A DNA stretch of 64,000 bases from the human T2T-CHM13v2.0 reference genome, Homo sapiens (GCF_009914755.1 NC_060938.1), one strand, 5' to 3'; counted from the stretch's first letter, positions 32,841-54,059 are shown. Notes: generated by a model not told the origin, from the sequence alone. Made by a program: numbers and translations.

Positions 32841-32992
32841 CAGTGCAAATGCTTTAAACAGTGCACTTTATAAAATAGTTTGCTTTATTCATACTTTTTT
32901 ATAAAGTGCAATATTACTTAAAACAGAGAGACATGTACCTTAATATTCTGCAATAACCATTAAAACAAATTGCCAGGAAAGAGCAGTGCAAA
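32841..32992 (-). promoter_or_regulatory. miRNA seed-match cluster (miR-17/20/93/106, miR-148/152, miR-130/301, miR-19)
   Basis: Four TGCACT cores in ~150 nt: GCACTTTA 32902-32909; TGCACTG 32841-47, 32859-65, 32984-90; TTGCACT 32842-48, 32905-11, 32985-91; TTTGCAC 32843-49, 32986-92. Confidence 0.65.
32884..32889 (-). terminator. Proximal AATAAA poly(A) signal candidate
   Basis: Canonical hexamer ~770 nt after the stop codon, followed by U/GU-rich sequence. Confidence 0.5.
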
Positions 32993-33656
32993 ATTAAAAA
33001 CATACACATAGCTTAGCATGCATCTCAGATGGATCCCGAATACAGAGTATGGGACCTTGAGTTCTTATATCTTTTTTTTTTTTTTTCACTTTTTAGAAAA
33101 AGTTTAATAATAGCAGGTTATCATCATATGTAACCATAAAATAAAAACAATAAGTTAAAATCTTCTCTCAAGAAATAAGTATATGCCACACATAAAATTC
33201 ATTACAGAATCTTTTTTGAAAACAGACCCCTTTCTCTGATAAATCATTGTTTGAAGGGTGCAAATTTCAAAAACCCACATTGTCCACAAGGCAAAGCAAA
33301 AGGTATCATCACAGTATGAGTCATTTCTTGTTGGCAGACATCTGGAAAACCTGTGACTTACAAGCAGCTCAAATCTAGCCCTAATTAAATTTACAGGAAC
33401 CTTTGCTCTTTCAAGAATAGTCTTGTTGGCATCATGCTAGGTTGCTAAAAAGAGTAATATGTGCTCTATTCACAGTAACATTCTCTGTCCAGTGCTTTTG
33501 AATGAGGATAACCAAACAGGTTTTCCTGAAAAAAATCATTAGGAGGCAGATTCCAATGAGACCAACGGGAAACATTTTTAAAAGCATAAAAGATCGCCTC
33601 AGGCATATGCTGAGGGAATAAAGGTGCAATGGATCACTGATACACTCCTACCATGC

Positions 33657-33905
33657 CTAAGCTACTGAGTCCGAGAACTGGAAGAGGGTCTCCGGGTTAT
33701 TGCTGTCGGCAGGATTGCTGGGCTGCAGTGTCTTGGTGGGTGTAGTTTTACCGTGAGAATGAGAGGAAGAAGAATGGGAACTCTCACTGGAACTGCTGCG
33801 CGTCTCGGTACTGGTGCTAGTCTTTTTCATTTTTCTTCTCTTAGCCAAAGGGGCCTTATCAACATTCTGAAGGCAAAACCCCTCTCTCTTGTATTTGTTA
33901 AAGGC
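33657..33905 (-). CDS. RPS6KA5: RPS6KA5 last coding exon: AFNKYKREGFCLQNVDKAPLAKRRKMKKTSTSTETRSSSSESSHSSSSHSHGKTTPTKTLQPSNPADSNNPETLFQFSDSVA-stop
   Basis: ttttttcccccgccag acceptor, 82 codons plus TAG at 33657-33659. Contains the LAKRRK MAPK-docking/NLS motif and Ser-rich tail (S750/S752/S758). Confidence 0.98.
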   Translation of the reverse strand, partial: AFNKYKREGFCLQNVDKAPLAKRRKMKKTSTSTETRSSSSESSHSSSSHSHGKTTPTKTLQPSNPADSNNPETLFQFSDSVA

Positions 33906-35109
33906 CTGGCGGGGGAAAAAAAGGGAACCCCTGTGAAGGTAAAAGTACTGAAGCTTTCCTAGCAGTTATGACTTACAGCAGAAGACAACTTTCCATTGGC
34001 AACTGCAGCCCCAAGTTGTTTTAAGGGAACAAAGCTCTTAAAACCTTTATATCTAAGTCTATTGGCAGGGTGGAGAAGTTCATGGGAAAAAAATTCTGAG
34101 GGCTCTGTTTATATCAAACTAGCTAGGCGGTCTGAGAGTCACAATTCTAATAAATCTTTTGAAGAAGTTAGTACTACATCCTAATACGAAACAATTGACT
34201 GGAAATTCCTGAAGACCATCAGTAATCTAAACTATCCCCATTGCTTTTACTGGTTCTGTGTCTAAGATTTAAAATTCTGAACACAAAGTCCCAATGCAAG
34301 CAGACTTGACGCATTCTGAGTCTTTGCTCTTCAGTCCCATTCAATGTCATTTGGATATATACTGGACACTTACACGCATGGAGAAGCACAGCTCTACAGC
34401 TTTGCCCTGGCTTCCTCCTCCTGCAGCCTGTCTTCACTCTCCTTAGCCTAGGCTTGGATAATGCTGCAGTTACACCTTGTAGTTGTCACCTTGCAACCTA
34501 TGTCACTGAGAAGATTTGGATCATCTGATAGAAATTCTTGCAGTTAATCTCTTTACCATCTCAACATTTCCTAGTTTATTACTTTTTAAATCCATTTCTG
34601 CTGCTGAAGAAGCACTATCCCTATACCTTCTCCTTTCTCAAAATAATCCCTTTGAAGGTGACTTTCTGTTTCCCTAACTCATCTTATACTATACTTCACA
34701 TGAATTATCTTAATATATTTGCATCTGCTTGGCACAAATGTGCATAATCCACAGTTTCTACCAAATAGTCTCAGTCTTTCAAACATACAATCTATACTTA
34801 ATACCAATGAACTTACTTCATATCCCTCCCAGTTTTAAGAATGTGTGATGTACTAAATGGTTGTAAAATGAATGGACTTTCAAATATGCCTTAGTTCCTA
34901 ATGTTTATTATGGTTTTTAAAGAAATTTAGTCAGTCTATTTGAGAGGAAAAAGTTCTATTATCTCATCTCATAAGGTCATTCTAAAAATTAAATATGTAT
35001 TTTGTGGGTTAGCAGTGACTCTGGTCCCCTGTGCACTTATTGTTATAAAGTGTTTATAACCATGAAGCAATTTATAAAAACATACCTAAAAGTAAAAGGA
35101 CACATATTA

Positions 35110-35427
<318 letters not shown>

Positions 35428-35679
35428 TTAAAAACAAACTCAGAAATAAATCTCAGCTATGTTCACATGACATAATGGTTTCTATATAGCTTTAACCTCC
35501 TACAAAGATAATTAGATTTTCCTATTCATTTAAATTCTTTTGTGAATGCTGGAGTCTAATGATAAAGTCACAGTAGCCTATTTCTAGGAAGCTCCAGGCG
35601 AAGTGGCTTTTCAATCAGGAGAAAATAAACATCCAAAACAAAGATTCCCACTGGTGACTTCGTAAGCTCCAAATGAGCA

Positions 35680-36620
35680 AAAAGCACACAGATCTACTTC
35701 ATCCATATACCAAACATTTACTGGCCATCTTCTATAGGTCAGGGAGTGCAGTAAGGCACTAGAGATATGGAGATGGAGATGCAGAGAGGAGCTATTAATA
35801 TCAGAAGACACACAGGCAAAACCCCAGCTATTATAACATCAGGGATAAGTGCGATAGCAAGATACACAGGCACAGTGTGTTAGCAGGCCTGAGGGAGAGT
35901 GTAGCCTAGGGAGTGAGGGCATCCTGGAAGGCTTCTAGGAGATGAATCCTGTAGGATAAGGAGAAGTGGCTATGGAAGAGGATTAAGAGCATGTAAAGAC
36001 ACGGAGGGATCTGAAAGCTCAGCATATCTGAGGAATTCAAATATCCTGCAACGGCAGAGCTGGGGTGAGGAGGAAACAAAGGCAGACAGGACCAGGTCAT
36101 GAGGGGCTTTGAATGTTAAATGCTAGGCTAAGGAGTCTGACCTGAAGCAAACAGAGAGTCTCCAAAGGATTTTTGGCAGAAAAGAGGCATAATCACATAG
36201 GGATTCTAGAAAAGTCCCTCTATTGACAGATGATGAACAGCTTAAGTCAGAGGAAGTGAGGCAAGGTGAAAGGATGCTGCAGGATTTGGGGAGAGAAATG
36301 GTGATGAGAACAAAGGCAACGGCAGGTGAATGGGAAGGAAGGGACCGGACTGCTAGGAGCGCTGCTGAATGTGTAGAACTCTGTGACTGGCTGCAGAAGG
36401 CAGGCAGGTGCAGGTATCCAGGAGGACGCCTAGGTTTCTGTTTTGGTGATCTGGCTTCTTAGCAGTGCCACTGTTGACAGGAGGAAAGACAGGAGGAGGA
36501 GCGTGTTTGGGGGGAAGGACAGTCAAAAAGTATTGGTTTGTTTTAGATGTGCTTGACTGAGATGCCAGTGGAAGTCAAGTGCTAGCTCATGTTAGAAATG
36601 TGGATACCATTACTAAAGAG
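35680..36620 (-). mobile_element. L2 fragment
   Basis: Purine-rich L2-antisense motifs 'aaacatttactg', 'ggaaggcttctaggag', 'aggtcatgaggggctttgaatg...ctaaggagt'. Confidence 0.7.
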
Positions 36621-36745
36621 AATGTTCTGATAAGAAAACAAGGCTGAAGAGAGTAGCCTGGAAGCCTTTTAGAATACACATGGATTCCTCGAGTAATTAA
36701 CATATGAATGTATGTGTAATGGCCATGATTCTACTTCAATCACTA

Positions 36746-36943
<198 letters not shown>

Positions 36944-37079
36944 CTATCAGGGAAAAAGTAACAAAACAGAATGACTACCCAGATCTGTTAAAGCCACTCT
37001 AATAATCCTAATAGTAACGTAACTGGTGTAATTTACCAATTGCTACAACTAGCATGATTGAGTTTAAAAGATTACGTGA

Positions 37080-37644
37080 TTCCTCAGGGATCTAGAACTA
37101 GAAATACCATTTGACCCAGCCATCCCATCACTGGGTATATACCCAAAGGATTATAAATCATGCTGCTATAAAGACACATGCACACGTATGTTTATTGCGG
37201 CACTATTCACAATAGCAAAGACTTGGAACCAACCCAAATGTCCAACAACGATAGACTGGATTAAGAAAATGTGGCATATATACACCATGGAATACTATGC
37301 AGCCATAAAAAATGATGAGTTCATGTCCTTTGTAGGGACATGGATGAAGCTGGAAACCATCATTCTCAGCAAACTATCGCAAGGACAAAAAACCAAACAC
37401 CACATGTTCTCACTCATAGGTGGGAATTGAACAATGAGAACACATGGACACAGGAAGGGGAACATCACACACCGGGGACTGTTGTGGGGTGGGGGGAGGG
37501 GGGAGGGATAGCATTAGGAGATAAACCTAATGCTAAATGATGAGTTAATGGGTGCAGCACACCAACATGGCACATGTATACATATGTAAAAAACCTGCAC
37601 GTTGTGCACATGTACCCTAAAACTTAAAGTATTAAAAAAAAAAA
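37080..37644 (+). mobile_element. L1PA3-5-type 5'-truncated insertion
   Basis: End of ORF2 (ORF 37188..37430 ...HMFSLIGGN), L1 3'UTR, A tail, perfect TSD AAAAGATTACGTGA (37066-37079 and 37641-37654). Confidence 0.95.
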
Positions 37645-39009
37645 GATTACGTGACTTCTATCACTGAGGCAGTGAATACATCTCAAAGACTTGTAAACCA
37701 GTGGCATGGCTTGTTATGATATAGATTTAAAATCACATTTATGACTATATTCAGAGCAATAAGAACAGAAAAGGATAATCCAACTGCTTCAAAAAGATGG
37801 TATTGATGTTAACAGAAAATAGAGAGATAGCAGAACTCCTGAATAACTATGTTTTTCTATTCCATTTCCACCATCCTTTCCCCAGGACATGTAACTATGG
37901 TTAAGGACTTGAAAAACTTCATATAGGCCTTCCTATTTGATCTGTAATTACCCCTGTTTTTATTTTATTTTTCTCACTGTTGTCTTAAATACAGTGAATT
38001 ATCTACAGCCACCTGTTTTCATTGTAGCCATATGTTTGAAATCTATGTTTAAGATTTTCCCCTTTATAAAGTTAACAGAATAACAAACAAGCCAAGGCTT
38101 ATCTTTGTAGCAGAGATTGGATTTTAGAAAAGTGATCCTTTAAAATTCTTGGGGGTGGTTTTCTCTGCTCACTGATTTTTGGTCTTGCAGAGATGGTGGG
38201 TTGGTCATCAATGGTGGTGGGTTGGCTGGTGTTAAGTAGCTGTGTCTGGGTATGGACCAGAGAGGACCAAAAGGCGGCCCTACCAGATGGTTTGAGAAGG
38301 GAGCAGTGGTGTCGGCAGGAGCCTGGGCTGAGGGAAGCGTGCTCATCCTGGCACTTAGGAAGGGACATGGAGGGGAGGCTCAGTGTCAACCCCAGCCCTA
38401 ATTAGGAGACATGGAAGCCACAGGATGTTCCGGTGATCTAGAAACAATATGCCATCTTTCTTTTCTGGTCACGTTTCTGACAAGTAGGCTTGTCCTCACT
38501 ATGGCAAGATGGTGAAACAGCTCTTACACACTGGCTCTTCAGAAAAGATGGAAACTCCTAGACAGGCTAATAAAAATAACATAAAAAGGACAACCAGGAG
38601 ATCCAGTAAGGTAGGTAATAAACAAAACATGAGTAAGAAGGATGGAGAAGACAGGAATAAGACCCAGATGCAGCAGGAAGAGAAACTTGACACCTCTGAG
38701 GTTACAAGAGGCTAGAAGGCTTTGGACAAGTTTGGATTTTCTGAAATAGAAAATTGTGCCTGAGAAGAATAAAAACTATATGCATGAGAATGCGCAGAGT
38801 TTGAAAATAGAAGACACGGAGAAGGAACCTCAGTTTCTAATCTGGAGCAACCTAATGAAGAAGATTAATTGCTCTAAGAAGGGCAATGTCAGAACGTCTG
38901 TAGAAGGCAGACAAAACTCCCTAAATCCTTGATGTAGCTTGAAGGCAGGCTACGACTAGGTCTGAGTGAGCCAGTCCACAGGCTGGCAGTAACTGTCCAA
39001 GATTAACTG

Positions 39010-39825
39010 GAGTCTCATAACTGATGCTGTGCCTCCACCTGCCCCCAACCTCACTTCTTCCCTCCTGTATCCTTCATGCAGACACCAGAGTAACAGTCAT
39101 GCAACTTAAATCTTACAACATTCCCCTATCCAAATCCCTTCACTGGCTTCCTTCAGTCTCTGACTCTTGCCTTTCTTTTTCAGCCTCAGCTTCTGCAGTT
39201 CCCCATATTCCAATCCTGTGTTCCCAACAACAGTTCTCAGGGCTCTGGGACTTTCCACATGCTGTTTGGTCTCCTTAGAATGCCATTTTTTTTCTTCAGC
39301 TGGCAAAGTCCCATGCATCCTAGGGTGCCTAGAGTATAACCCAGTTACCCAGTTTGGGTAACTACACCTGGCTGCAAACAACTGCTTTGTCAATAACTAG
39401 CTTCGGGATGGGCAAATTCCTTAACTTCTCTTAGACCATTTCTTCGCGGGTAAAAGTAACAAGTGATATTATAAGGTTACATGAAATCATACATTTAACA
39501 TACCTAGTATTGTGCCTGGCACACAGTAGGTGCTCAGCAAATGGTTAATAAGTTTGTCTCTTAATGCTTCCCCTCTATGGAAAGAATCCTTTCTTCACGA
39601 TCTTATTCTCCACTACTGTATCCACAGAGCTATCTACACAGCCACTGAACTGGTGTGCACACCTGTAGATGCCCTATCACTTTGTGGGGTAACTCAATAC
39701 AACTGTCCACATTGCTAAACCATGAGCTCCCTGGAAGCAGAACTATGTCTCATGTATCACTGTATCCCCTGAACCTTGCGTAGTGCCAGAATTTGCTATC
39801 CCATGCTTATTTCCTGAATGAGTAA
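39010..39825 (+). mobile_element. L2 3' portion with an inserted MIR (~39390-39550)
   Basis: 'catgagctccctggaagcagaactatgtc...tagtgcc...tgaatgag'; MIR 'gtgcctggcacacagtaggtgctcag'. Confidence 0.7.
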
Positions 39826-40259
39826 GAACCCTTTAAGAACACTTAAGACAGTGATATGATAGAGACTGTACTGTGGTCTTGATTAAACAGAGGGATGCCA
39901 CCAAATGACAGCTCTGATGAGTCTGTGGAACTTGTGTCACATGTGTTCCAGATCCCCCCTCCCCTTCCTCGGATGCCAGGAATTCCGCCCCTTTTCCCTA
40001 AGTTTCTAGAATCCTATTTCCCTGACTCTTGCTATTGAATAGAATGTAGTTTCCCCAGGCCTTGCCTTTCTAGCTGCAAGTTTACCTCCCCAAACATGGA
40101 ACAAAAGCTCTTCTAATATCTATAGTGAAGGAAAGAAAGGAAAGCAGAGCAAAGTTAGTCCTGTTAATGCAATTAGGCACCATTATAGGGTATTTTCCTC
40201 ATTCCGCAGAAGTGGAATGATGTAATTCTCATTCTGCAGAGCAGAAAACTGGGGCTCCA

Positions 40260-41345
40260 GTGGTCAGGGACATAATGAAACATCCTCCTCTAAAAGACAA
40301 CCTACTGTACCTTGCACCACTAAGAAGCGGGAATAGAACTTAGTGGGCTTCTTTGCATTTTGGAGGTAGCATACGTTGCACTGGAGAATACTGCTCTAAG
40401 AAATTTATCAAGTGACTCGGAAGGCTACCTGTTTCAAGTGGGGCCTAGCATAGGCTTTTGTTATAGGTCCAATCCTGCCAATTAGCAGGAAGCTACTTGG
40501 GCCATAGGTTTCAGTTGCTCTGATTGTACTACAGGTATCTGTGAAAGATGAGACTCTCTCGCAGCCACAACAGGAGAGTCTCAGAGCAGACCTGAAGTAT
40601 TCTGGTGCAAGGTGGGGCCTTCTGTGGCAGGTAACTATTTTCCAAATAACTGCTCCTGAGATGTTACTAGACCCCGGCAGGCTCTGAGTGCCTCAAACAT
40701 GTGATCCCAAGAGCAGTGCATCATGTGCTAAGATCAGCAGATGCCTTGATTCACCAAGTCAGGTAGGCACAGCAACAAACCAATGCACTATGGAAATGGC
40801 ACACTCAGAATCTGCCCTGGGCAGTCCAGAACGCATGAGTAAATAACGTGCTTACACACATGTCACTTGTCTTGGATGCACTAACACTTCTTCCTTAACT
40901 CACACTATGGCCTCACTGAAGGAGGTTCCCTATGATCAACTGATAAGCCTGGTTGGCAGATGGTTCACTTAAGTGCAGCTGGCCTGTAGAACATGGCAGA
41001 CTCAGCAAAGATACCACCTGGCTCAGGATAATACCTTGTGGGGTCGGGGTGCTGTCTCTGAGAGCTGTGCTGAACCAATGGCTGATGGGTCCAGGTCCTC
41101 TGTATCTAGATTTTATGGGTGCACGACCCACTTAGAGAACTCATGCTTCCTGGCTCTGCTCAGAGGTCTGTTCCATGAGCTCAAGTGATCAGCTGCACTT
41201 GGTGATGACACGTGGCCAGCCCAGTAGCACATGCTCTGCTCTCTTTTCCTCAGTCCTGCACCCTTGGGATTATGCTCTTTAATAACATAATATGACACAA
41301 GTATTAGCTTCAGGTTTCGCTTTCCGGGGAACACAGAATAGAATA
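40260..41345 (+). mobile_element. Degenerate ERVL internal (pol-like) fragment plus LTR16/LTR33-like end
   Basis: 'caccactaagaag...ttagtgggcttctttgcattttggagg...gtggggcctag' and '...ggttggcagatggttc' resemble ERVL pol; ends 'ctttccggggaacacaga'. Confidence 0.6.
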
Positions 41346-41364
41346 TCTTTCTCTCCACTCCTAA

Positions 41365-41680
41365 TTTTTTTTTTTTTTTTTTTGAGTTGGAGTCTCGCTC
41401 TGTCGCCCAGGCTAGACTGCAGTGGCACGATCTTCGGCTCACTGCAACCCCTGCCTCCTGAGTTCAGGCAATTCTCCTGCCTCACTCTCTCAAGTAGCTG
41501 GGATTACAGGCGCCTGCCACCATGCCCAGCTAACTTTTGTGTTTTTAGTAGAGGTGGGGTTTCACAATATTGGTCAGGCTTGTCTCTTGGCCAGGCTGGT
41601 CTCAAACTCCCGACCTTGTGATCTACCCGCCTTGGCCTCCCAAAGGGCTGGGATTACAAGAGTGAGCCACCATGCCTGGC
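41365..41680 (-). mobile_element. AluS
   Basis: Reverse dimer, TSD CCACTCCTAATTTTT. Confidence 0.9.
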
Positions 41681-41689
41681 CACCACTCC

Positions 41690-46490
<4,801 letters not shown>

Positions 46491-46551
46491 TCTACTTCTT
46501 TGTCCTGCCCCACTTCTTAACAGGTATGTTTGTGGCTAAATATAAGAAAGC

Positions 46552-47532
<981 letters not shown>

Positions 47533-47959
47533 TTAGGATCCTCTCAGTTCCAAGCTCTTAAAATTTTAGTTGATTATCTAGAAATATCTGTTAAGGATAA
47601 CTTTGTGTCTGCAAATTGTTTGCAAATACTGTAGCAAGGTATAGCTCTATCTCTACATAAAGATATATATGTATGTCTGCATATATGTATTATATATACT
47701 CATATATATACATATACACATACATATAAAGAAGAGCGTGCACACTAGAAATAATTAGAGAGAAAGAAAAAGGAAATGCAGCAAAATGTCAGATGTTCAT
47801 AGTAATATTCTCTCATATTTTCTCTAGCATTAAAATGTTCAAAATAAAATTGTGGGAAAAAAATTAAAAAATAAGGTCCTGAGAATAAAACACTTTAAAC
47901 AAAATTTTATAACACTTCACAGGTATGTTATATATCTTATCCTACTTTCTCTAAATACT

Positions 47960-48363
47960 GTGTACCGTGGACTGAATGTTTGTGTTCTCCTTGCACCCGC
48001 TGGGGATTCACACGCTGAAGCCCCAGCTCTCCATGTGACTGTATTTGGAGACAGGGCCTTTAGGGAGGTAACTAAGGTTAAATGAGGTTATACGGGTAGG
48101 CCCCTGATCCAAGAGAATTAGTGTCCTTAAAGGGACAGACACTTTCTCTTTGTGAGTGTGCAGACCAAGGAAAGGCTGTGTGCGGACACAACAAGCAGGT
48201 GGCCATCTGTAATCCAAAGAGAGGGCCCTCACCACACACCAATACTGCTGGCATCTGGTTCGTAAGACCACCCAGCATCAAGAACTGTGAGAAAATAAAT
48301 TTCTGTTGTTCAAGCTGCCTAATTTGTGGTATTCTGTTACAGCAGCCTAAGCAGATTAATATA
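47960..48363 (+). mobile_element. MLT1A-type MaLR LTR
   Basis: 'gtggactgaatgtttgtg...gtgactgtatttggagacagggcctttagggaggtaactaaggttaaatgagg...aataaatttctgttgttcaagc'. Confidence 0.85.
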
Positions 48364-48774
48364 CCGTGTAAGCTCTATTTTTATTAAAGTCCTATACATT
48401 TCAGACAGGGATTGTATATCCATCAGGTATAATGGGTTGTAATCAAAACCTCATAATACTACATGATGTATTTTCCTGGAGTATTTATTTTATTCAATGA
48501 GGACAATATAACTTGTTTTCATATTAAAATATCCACATACATGTTTATTAGATGTAAAATACAAAACTTCCATTTATTTCTGAAACAAATCAGGAGACTT
48601 CAAATAAATTTTGTGCTTGTTATGGGATAATTCAGCCTTTGTATCTAGATATGCATTCATTTATATAGAAAAGTTAGCAAAGCACTCTTTTTTTTCGGAT
48701 AGTTTAATGAAGGTATTATTTTTGTTCATTTTCATCTGTATTTTATCATGTACCTCTAAAAAGAAAGGACTTTT

Positions 48775-49065
48775 GTTTTTTGGAGACAGGGTCTTGCTCT
48801 GTCACCCACTGTGGAGTGTGGTAGTGTGATCACGGCTCACTGCAGTCTCAACCTCTGGGCTCAAGTGAGCCTCTCACCTCAGCCTCCCAAGTAGCTGGGA
48901 CTACTGGCATGAGCCACCATGCCCAGCTAATTAAAATTTTTTTTTTTTTCCTTTTAGAGACTGGGTCCCACTGTGTTGCCCTGGCTGGTCTTGAGCTCCT
49001 GGGCTTAAACAATCTTCCTACCTTGGCCTCCCGAAGTGCTGGGATTACAGACTGTGTCTGTCCAT
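48775..49065 (-). mobile_element. AluJ
   Basis: Reverse AluJ consensus. Confidence 0.88.
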
Positions 49066-49257
49066 AAAAGGCAAGCACCTTTAAAACCACAACCACAATA
49101 TCAGTATCACATCTAAAAAAAATTAGTAGTAATTCCTTTGTATCATTCAACATCTAATCAATATTCAAATTTCCCTAGCTGTGGTATATACATAGTATAT
49201 AAATTAGATCTATATGAATTACATTTAATTTGAATTTAATAAATAGAATTTAAATTA

Positions 49258-49555
49258 AGCTGGGCACTGTGGCTCATGCCTGTAATCCCAGCATTTTGAG
49301 AGGCCGAGGCGGGAGGATCACTTGAAGCTAGGAATTTGAGACCAGCCTGGGCAACAAAGCAAGACTTCTTTTCTATTTAAAAAAAAAAAAAAAATTAGCT
49401 GGGGTATGGTGGCATGTGCCTGTGGTCCCAGCTACTCAGGAGGCTGAGGTAGGAGGATCACTTGAGCCTGCAGTGAGCTATGATGGTGCCACTGCACTCA
49501 AGCCTGGGCGACAGAGGGAGGCTATCGCAAAAAAAAAAAAAAAAAAAAAAAAAAG
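49258..49555 (+). mobile_element. AluJ
   Basis: Forward AluJ with A tail. Confidence 0.88.
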
Positions 49556-50169
49556 GAATCTAAATTAGAAAGTGCTTAAATCAGGATTTCAGTAAGATGC
49601 AAACATTGTTTCTTATGTGTCTTTTCATCTATAAGTTCTCAGTTTACCTTTTTTTACCATTTATTTGTTGAACAAACTGGGTTGTTTGTTTAGTGGAACT
49701 TCCCACAGACTGGATATTGTGATTATCCTGTGATATCATTTAACCTGTTTTTTTGTCCTATTTTTCTTAAAAATTTGACAATTAGATTTAGAGAGAAGCA
49801 TGGCTTCCATCCATGTCATTACACAAAGTTATTTCTATAGTTAAGGAATTCAGAGGCTCCAAAATACACTGCTGCATGTTTAAGACTGCCTTTTGAAACC
49901 TTAAAGAGCTTGATGGACATAATTGGCCTTTAGCAAGAGAAAAGAAATTACTAAAAATGAAAGTCTCTTTTTTATTTAGATTAATCTTTAAGACATGCTA
50001 CTAATAAAAATGTCTTCAATTTAAGTCCTTCAACAAAACTCAGATCTACAAGTCAGTTTATTTTTGTTTAAAATGTTATTCACAAATATGTAAGTTTAGT
50101 TTGAAAATTATAAATGATGACTGAAAACCGATGAGATAAAAACTATATAAAACTTAAAAATAAAAGAAG

Positions 50170-51530
<1,361 letters not shown>

Positions 51531-52045
51531 AAAAAAAACACAAGATTTTTCTAGCTTAACGTTCTATTTCTAATCACAGCAGCCAAGGACATTTTGTGAA
51601 AAGCATGCTCACATTACTTTAAGTTACGTAGTAGAAATATTTCTAATTTCATCTATTTATTTGTTAATTTAGCTTAAATGGTATTCTGTAATTACATTTT
51701 AGTCTGAAACTTCACAGAAGTTTTTTAAAAATGTTTTTCTATTGATGAATCATTTTGCTATTTTCACATTATGTCCAATATAATATGTGTCTTTAAAAAT
51801 ATATACTATAGTTCCTTTAACTCTCATTGATATAAAACACAGCTAACTTAAATATTTCAAAATAAACCAAAATAGAAATTCTTACATTTTCTTTAATATA
51901 CATTTTAAGACAGGGAAATACTATTCAGTCAGGCCTCTAACTGGCTGTACAGAAAAGAAACCACTTTGCCAATTTTTTCATGAATGTAAGGAAACAGTGA
52001 AGAGTGAGATAAGGAGAGAGGACACCAAAGAAATAAGCAGGTTTA

Positions 52046-52291
<246 letters not shown>

Positions 52292-52539
52292 TCACTAGGC
52301 ATGTCTTGGGAATTGCTGGTACTATTTATGTAACACTTTGTATATTGATAGTTGATTCATGTGCAGAGAGGTCTCATGGGGAGGCGCGAGGGCAGGACAT
52401 CAATACACTGCTGCTCTCTGCTTGATGCTTTTTGGTATTATTTCAATTTTACCATGTCATGTGAAACATTTTTCAACTGCACCATGCCTCTTCTGATGTC
52501 AGACCCTTTTTCTAAGCTTTTCCCTCTGCTTGTGTTTGT

Positions 52540-52840
52540 CTTTTGCTTCCTCCGCCAACCTACCTCCCCCCATCTACTCCTCATTTAGAGATACTATCCT
52601 AACTGTCCTACCAAACTGAAGTTAAAACGTTTAATATTTTTTCCTAACACTATTTACTTTTCCTTTCTGGCACTTACCACCTCTGTATTGCTAGCTTAAT
52701 GTCTTCATCCCCATTATGTCATAATTCCATAAGGACGGGGACTATGTGTCTACCTTATTTTTGACCCTACCCCAGGGCCTGGCACAGACATAGAGTAGGT
52801 GCTTTGGTAAACATGTGTTCATTGAACAAAGTCATAAATA
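52540..52840 (+). mobile_element. L2 3' end
   Basis: 'taattccataaggacggggactatgt...gggcctggcacagacatagagtaggtgct...ttgaac'. Confidence 0.65.
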
Positions 52841-53516
52841 AAATAGCTATATAATATCTAGTATTGCCTATTGAAGAAGACATGGTAGAGACACCCATTA
52901 CATTTCAGAAATATTTTCTCCAACAGCTAATACTTCAAATATTCAGAAAACATTATTATTTTGAATCATTCATCCACCAAGGCTTCTTGATCACTAAGAC
53001 TCTGTAGTACTACTTTTTGTATTTATCACATGCTTAATACTTACTGATGCACAAATTATTTTAATAAGTACATTAAGCTAGTACTGAAAGTAAGTGAAAT
53101 CTGATTATATCGTCTTTAGGCATCCTAACAAAATCCATTATGCCTTTATAGTCATTAAATTATTCCCAGCTCTGGAATATTATTTGCTTTGTTAATACTA
53201 TTCTAGCTGAAATAAAACACATTATAGATGGTATCACTGATGCAAAGAAGAAAAATCTCCTAAGTCTTCCATCTGAAAGTCAATAAAGTGGGTGGAAAGA
53301 AAAACAAAACATTAACTAAAAATTGTCTTAAATTTTCTAGCATACATTGTTTAATCTTGAATTTGTGACACTGAAGCCACGGCTGGGGTTGATGGATGCG
53401 TGCTTGGGAGAAGTCTTTTAGCAAGTAACACCTGAGCTCCTTTGCAGTGTAAGGCACTGTCCACACAGAACAGCTGAATGAACCACAGCTGGCCTTGTCT
53501 TCATTGAGCCTGCTAA

Positions 53517-54059
<543 letters not shown>

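Noticed and set aside
32853-32922. Hairpin as a novel pre-miRNA with a miR-17-like seed
   Set aside because: The stem is short and AU-rich, and the seed-like stretch is at the base of the 3' arm rather than at a Dicer-defined 5' end. Kept only as a cis-structure hypothesis.
37188-37540. ORFs resembling L1 ORF2 C-terminus, and G-quadruplex-like G runs at ~37486-37507
   Set aside because: Ordinary parts of a 5'-truncated L1PA; non-autonomous and well known.
38509-38715. 68-aa charged ORF MVKQLLHTGSSEK... on the + strand
   Set aside because: A-rich low-complexity composition, likely a degraded LINE-like relic; no supporting splice or promoter signals.
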